DNA of 64,000 nt. Origin: an uncultured Solirubrobacterales bacterium. GTDB taxonomy: Bacteria; Actinomycetota; Thermoleophilia; Solirubrobacterales; Solirubrobacteraceae. Numbering within the stretch: position 1 is the first letter of the stretch; the number at the start of each line of letters is the position of its first letter. Both the position numbers and the translations under genes were made by a program. Below the pieces are notes generated by a model. That model was given only the letters and a program-made list of their open reading frames with translations, searched no databases and was not told the DNA's origin. The stretch spans positions 263,043-327,042 of the forward strand of contig OY970274.1 of the NCBI GenBank assembly GCA_963715775.1. Reading direction: 5' to 3'. This document shows positions 59,612 through 64,000 of the stretch, piece after piece.

Positions 59612-61669
59612 ATGGCCAGCGCCCCTGAGCAGATACCGCTGTGGGAGCCGACGGCCGGGCAGCGCGAGCGCGCGGAGATGACGCGCTTCATGCGCTTCGC
59701 CGGCGAGCGCTGCGGCGAGCCGTTCGCCGACTACGACGAGCTGTGGCGCTGGTCGGTGGCGGAGGTCGAGGAGTTCTGGGCGAGCATCTGGGAGTTCTGC
59801 GGCGTGCGCGTGTCGAAGCCCTACAAGCGCGTGCTGGGCTCTCACGTGATGCCGGGGACGCGCTGGTTCGAGGGGGCCGAGCTGAACTACGCGGAGAATC
59901 TGCTTCTGGGACCTATAGATGGCGAAGACGCCGGCCCGGTCTCGGGGGAGGCGGCGCCGGACGCGCGCGCATCCGGGCGCAACCCAGGGGAGCCCGCGGT
60001 CCTGCACTGCTCGGAGCTGCGCGAGCTGGCCCAGCTCACCCGGGGCGAGCTGACCGCCGAGGTCGCCCGCGCCGCGGCCGGGTTGCGTGCGCTCGGCGTG
60101 GGCCGCGGCGACCGCGTCGTCGCCTACATGCCCAACATCCCCGAGACGTTGATCGCGTTCCTTGCGACGGCGTCGATCGGCGCGATCTTCTCGAGCGCGG
60201 CACCCGAGTTCGGGGCGCGCAGCGTGATCGATCGCTTCGCGCAGATCGAGCCGAAGGTGCTGCTCGCCGTCGACGGGTATCGGCACGGGGGCAAGGACTT
60301 CGACCGGCTCGCCGTCGTGCGGAGCATCCTCGAGGAGTTGCCGACGGTCGAGCACGCGGTCCTTTTGCCCTATCTCGACCTCGATGCGGATCCCGCCGGA
60401 ATCGAGGAGGGAATCTCCTGGGAGGATCTCCTCGAGCGCGGCGAGGGCGCCGAGCTGAGCTTCGAGCAGGTCCCGTTCGACCACCCCCTGTGGGTGCTCT
60501 ACTCCTCCGGCACGACCGGCCTGCCGAAGGCGATCGTGCACAGCCACGGCGGGATTCTCGTCGAGCAAATGAAGAAGCGCCTGCATCTGGACCTGCGGCA
60601 GGGCGACCGGATGTTCTGGTTCACGACGACCGGCTGGATGATGTGGAACTTCCTCGTCGGCTGCCTGCTCTCCGACGCCGCGATCGTGCTCTACGACGGC
60701 AGCCCTGCGTACCCGGATCTGGGGATGCTGTGGAACCTGGCAGAGAGCACCGGGATGACCTGCATGGGCCTCAGCGCCGGTCTGCTGGCCAGCATGGAGA
60801 AGGCGGGGATCGAGCCCGCCCGCGACCACGACCTGAGCAGGTTGCGCGCGATCGGCTCGACCGGTTCGCCGCTTGCGCCGGAGAGCTTCAGGTGGGTCTA
60901 CGAGCACGTCAAGCCCGACGTCTGGCTGTTCTCCACGAGCGGCGGCACCGACGTCTGCACGGCGTTCGTCGCGGGCTGTCCGCTGCTGCCGGTGTACGAA
61001 GGCGAACTGCAATGCCGCGCGCTCGGCTGTGCGGTGGAGGCGTTTGACGAGCAGGGGCGTAGCCTCGTCGATGAGGTCGGCGAGCTGGTGATCACGGAGC
61101 CGCTGCCCTCGATGCCGATCTATTTCTGGAACGACCCCGACGGTGCGCGGTTGCGAGAGAGCTACTTCGCGATGTACCCGGGCGTCTGGCGCCACGGCGA
61201 CTGGATTCGGATCACGCCCCGGGGTGGAGCGGTGATCTACGGCCGCTCCGATTCGACGATCAACCGGCAGGGCGTGCGGATGGGCACGAGTGAGATCTAC
61301 CGGGCCGTCGCGACCGTGCCGGAGGTGCTGGACGCGCTCGTCGTCGACGTTCCCCGGGGCGCAAGCGAAGCCGGTGGGGGGAAGGAGCTGTGGATGGGAC
61401 TGTTTGTCGTTCTGAGCGAGGAAGCCTCACTGGATGAGGATCTGACGAAGACGATCAAGCGACGAATCCGTGAGGACTGCTCACCCCGTCACGTGCCCAA
61501 TGAGATCCTGCAGATCGGGGAGGTCCCGCGCACATTGTCCGGAAAGGTGCTGGAGGTGCCGGTCAAGAAGATCCTGATGGGCACCGCCCCCGAGCAGGCC
61601 GCGAGCGTCGATTCGCTCGCCAACCCCCGTTCCCTCGACTACTTCGTCGAGCTTTCGAAGACGCTCTGA
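59612..61669 (+). CDS. Acetoacetate--CoA ligase
   Basis: WF.GAELNYAEN, YSSGTTGLPKAIVH.HGG, SGGTDVCT, WRHGDW, TLSGK. Confidence 0.93.
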   Translation: MASAPEQIPLWEPTAGQRERAEMTRFMRFAGERCGEPFADYDELWRWSVAEVEEFWASIWEFCGVRVSKPYKRVLGSHVMPGTRWFEGAELNYAENLLLGPIDGEDAGPVSGEAAPDARASGRNPGEPAVLHCSELRELAQLTRGELTAEVARAAAGLRALGVGRGDRVVAYMPNIPETLIAFLATASIGAIFSSAAPEFGARSVIDRFAQIEPKVLLAVDGYRHGGKDFDRLAVVRSILEELPTVEHAVLLPYLDLDADPAGIEEGISWEDLLERGEGAELSFEQVPFDHPLWVLYSSGTTGLPKAIVHSHGGILVEQMKKRLHLDLRQGDRMFWFTTTGWMMWNFLVGCLLSDAAIVLYDGSPAYPDLGMLWNLAESTGMTCMGLSAGLLASMEKAGIEPARDHDLSRLRAIGSTGSPLAPESFRWVYEHVKPDVWLFSTSGGTDVCTAFVAGCPLLPVYEGELQCRALGCAVEAFDEQGRSLVDEVGELVITEPLPSMPIYFWNDPDGARLRESYFAMYPGVWRHGDWIRITPRGGAVIYGRSDSTINRQGVRMGTSEIYRAVATVPEVLDALVVDVPRGASEAGGGKELWMGLFVVLSEEASLDEDLTKTIKRRIREDCSPRHVPNEILQIGEVPRTLSGKVLEVPVKKILMGTAPEQAASVDSLANPRSLDYFVELSKTL

Positions 61670-61716
61670 ATCCCCTCCAGGATTCAATCCCCCCCCCAGG
61701 ATTCCGTTGAAGGGCC

Positions 61717-62883
61717 CTACAAACCCATACTGCGACCCACGATCTCCTTCATGATCTCGTTCGCCCCGCCATATATACGTGTGACGCGCGCGTCCGCGTA
61801 CGCGCGCGCGATCGGGTACTCGGTCATGTAGCCGTAGCCGCCGAACAGCTGCAGGCAGCGGTCGACGACGCGCCCCTGCACCTCGGTGCACCACCACTTC
61901 GCGATCGCCGCGTCCTCGGGCGTCAGGTCGCCTTCGTTCAGGGCTACGACGCAGCGATCGACGTACGTGCGCGCGATCTCGACTTCGCTGCGCACCTCGG
62001 CGAGCGTGAACCGCGAGCTCTGAAACGACCCGATCGGCTGGCCGAAGGCCTGGCGCTCGCGCACGTAGTCGAGCGTCCAGCCGAGCGCGGCCTCCGCCGC
62101 CGCGACCGCCGAGGCGGCGATCGACAGCCGCTCCTGGGGGAGGTTGGAGACGAGGTAGCGAAAGCCCTCGCCCTCATGGCCGAGCAGGTTCTCGAGCGGG
62201 ACGCGCGCCTCGGTGAACGACAGCTCGGCCGTGTCCTGGGAGTGCTGGCCGAGCTTCTCGAGGTTGCGCCCGCGCTCGAAGCCCTCGGTGCCGCGCTCGA
62301 CGACGAGCAGCGAGATCCCGCGGTGTCTGTCCTGATGGCCGCCCGCCCCGGTCTTGACCGCGAGGATCACGAGGTCGGCGTTGATCCCATTCGTGATGAA
62401 CGTCTTGGCGCCGTCGACGACGTAGTGCTCGCCCTCGCGCCGCGCGCGCGTGGACATGTTCGCCAGGTCCGAGCCGATCCCGGGCTCGGTCATCGCCAGC
62501 GCCGTGATCAGCTCGCCGGAGGCGATCCCCGGCAGCCAGCGCTCGCGCTGGGACTCGTCGCAGTAGCTGAGGAAGTAGGGCAGGCAGATGTCGTTGTGCA
62601 AAGTGATCCCGAGCCCGAAGCCGCCGACGCCGGCGCGCTGGGTCTCCTCGCCGATCACGAGGTTGAAGCGGAAGTCCGCGGCGCCCGCGCCGCCGTGGCG
62701 CTCGGGCACGGACATCCCGAGAAAGCCGCCGCGGCCGGCGAGCGCGAAGACCTCGCGCGGGACGATCCCGTTGCGCTCCCACTCGCCGTAGCGGCCAACT
62801 TCGCCGAGCACCTCGCGCTCGAGAAACGTGCGGAAGCTCGCGCGGAAGTCTTCGTGGAGGTCTTCGTAGAGGGTGCGCTTCAT
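61717..62883 (-). CDS. Acyl-CoA dehydrogenase
   Basis: AMTEPG.GSDL, G.KTFITNG, R.AFGQ.I, GGYGY..EYPI, IYGGANEIMK. Confidence 0.93.
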   Translation of the reverse strand: MKRTLYEDLHEDFRASFRTFLEREVLGEVGRYGEWERNGIVPREVFALAGRGGFLGMSVPERHGGAGAADFRFNLVIGEETQRAGVGGFGLGITLHNDICLPYFLSYCDESQRERWLPGIASGELITALAMTEPGIGSDLANMSTRARREGEHYVVDGAKTFITNGINADLVILAVKTGAGGHQDRHRGISLLVVERGTEGFERGRNLEKLGQHSQDTAELSFTEARVPLENLLGHEGEGFRYLVSNLPQERLSIAASAVAAAEAALGWTLDYVRERQAFGQPIGSFQSSRFTLAEVRSEVEIARTYVDRCVVALNEGDLTPEDAAIAKWWCTEVQGRVVDRCLQLFGGYGYMTEYPIARAYADARVTRIYGGANEIMKEIVGRSMGL

Positions 62884-63983
62884 GCAGCGAGAGACACTAC
62901 CGGCGCCGACTCCCCGCGATAGCCCGGCTTCGCGAGCAGCAGTTGCACGTCCTGGATCCGCCGCTCGCGGAAGCCCCCCTCGCAGTAGCAGAGGTAGAGC
63001 TCCCACAGCCGGCGGAAGCGCTCGTCGTAGCCGAGCTCGGCGAGACGCTCAGAGGCGGCGAGGAAGCGCTCGCGCCAGCGCGCGAGCGTCGTCGCGTAGT
63101 GGGCGGTGATGTCCTCCAGATGCACCTGGCGCAGGTCGGTCACGCGCGGCAGCTGACGGGAGATCAGCTCGAGCGAGGGCAGGCAGCCGCCCGGAAAGAT
63201 GTAGGTGTTGATGAAGCTCTTGCCGGCCTTCTCGACCTGGTAAGCGCGGTCGTCGATCACGATCGCCTGCAGCAGCATCGCGCCCTCGCGCGTCAAGAGC
63301 TCCGAGCAGCGGCGGAAGTAGGTCGGGAAGTTCTGCCAGCCGACGGCCTCGATCATCTCGATCGAGACGAGCTTGTCGTAGGAGCCCCGCAGGTCGCGAT
63401 AGTCCTCGAGCAGCACCGTCACGCGATCCTCGAGCCCCGCCGCGCGCACACGGGCGGTCGCGTAGGCGTGCTGCTCGCGCGAGATCGTCGTCGTCGTCAC
63501 GCGGCAGCCGTGGTGTTCTGCGGCGTAGACGGCGAACCCGCCCCAGCCGGTCCCGATCTCCAGCACGTGATCGCCGGGGCCGAGGTCGAGCTTCGCGCAG
63601 ACCCGCTCGAGCTTCGTCAGCGAGGCCTCCTCGAGCGTCGCCCGTGGCGAGGGGAAGATCGCGCAGGAGTACATCATCGTCGGGTCGAGGAACAGCCCGA
63701 ACAGCTCGTTGCCGAGGTCGTAGTGGGCGGCGATCTGCCGGCGCGAGCGCCCGATCGTGTTGCGCCGCAACCACCGCATCCAGCGCTGCATCGGGATCAG
63801 CACCGGCGCGAGCGCGCGGCGCAGGTTGTCGAGCGAGCGCACGTTGAGCGCGGCGAGGCGGGTCAGCGCGACCAGGTCGGGGCACTCCCAGAGGCCGTCC
63901 ATGTAGGACTCGCACAACCCGACGCTGCCGCGCAGCAGGGCGGGATAGAAGCGGGGGGAATGGACCTCCACAGTGACCCGCAA
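62880..63983 (-). CDS. Cyclopropane-fatty-acyl-phospholipid synthase family methyltransferase (5' part probably outside window)
   Basis: IAAHYDLGN..F.LFLD.TM.YS, LEIGTGWG, SIEMIEAVG, YIFPGG, YCEGGF. Confidence 0.9.
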   Translation of the reverse strand: MRVTVEVHSPRFYPALLRGSVGLCESYMDGLWECPDLVALTRLAALNVRSLDNLRRALAPVLIPMQRWMRWLRRNTIGRSRRQIAAHYDLGNELFGLFLDPTMMYSCAIFPSPRATLEEASLTKLERVCAKLDLGPGDHVLEIGTGWGGFAVYAAEHHGCRVTTTTISREQHAYATARVRAAGLEDRVTVLLEDYRDLRGSYDKLVSIEMIEAVGWQNFPTYFRRCSELLTREGAMLLQAIVIDDRAYQVEKAGKSFINTYIFPGGCLPSLELISRQLPRVTDLRQVHLEDITAHYATTLARWRERFLAASERLAELGYDERFRRLWELYLCYCEGGFRERRIQDVQLLLAKPGYRGESAPVVSLAA

Positions 63984-64000
63984 TGGGTGCGGGGCCTGCA

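Overview
High-GC (about 70% by eye) bacterial chromosomal window. Gene content and order suggest an actinobacterium, probably Thermoleophilia/Solirubrobacterales; the taxonomy is inference, not a database result. The backbone is housekeeping: pepQ, efp-nusB-xseB-ispA-dxs-tlyA-nadK, recN-steA-steB-MraY-like-pyrG-DUF3866-xerD-mutM, grx, dnaG, dGTPase, recO, tRNA-Asn, tRNA-Ile2, ppk2, ppx and fatty-acid genes. Three accessory blocks interrupt it. (1) About 15.7 kb between pepQ and efp holds a tandem GT-C glycosyltransferase, several intact and decayed toxin-antitoxin modules, and a candidate terpenoid cluster (PadR, degenerate plus canonical ABC ATPases, permease, YtpB/DUF2600-like cyclase, P450, PadR paralog). 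(2) About 7 kb between nadK and recN holds a signalling module (BldC-like HTH, membrane HD-GYP, MFS, pseudo-receiver, NarL-type regulator/kinase, degenerate GGDEF with intact I-site). (3) A free-standing HTH-HTH-Zn-HNH endonuclease gene ends 15 bp before a tRNA-Asn in which all three bases of the conserved U8-A14-A21 triple are swapped (C8, G14, C21). No rRNA, CRISPR array, transposase or phage integrase was found. All family assignments come from motif recognition by eye.
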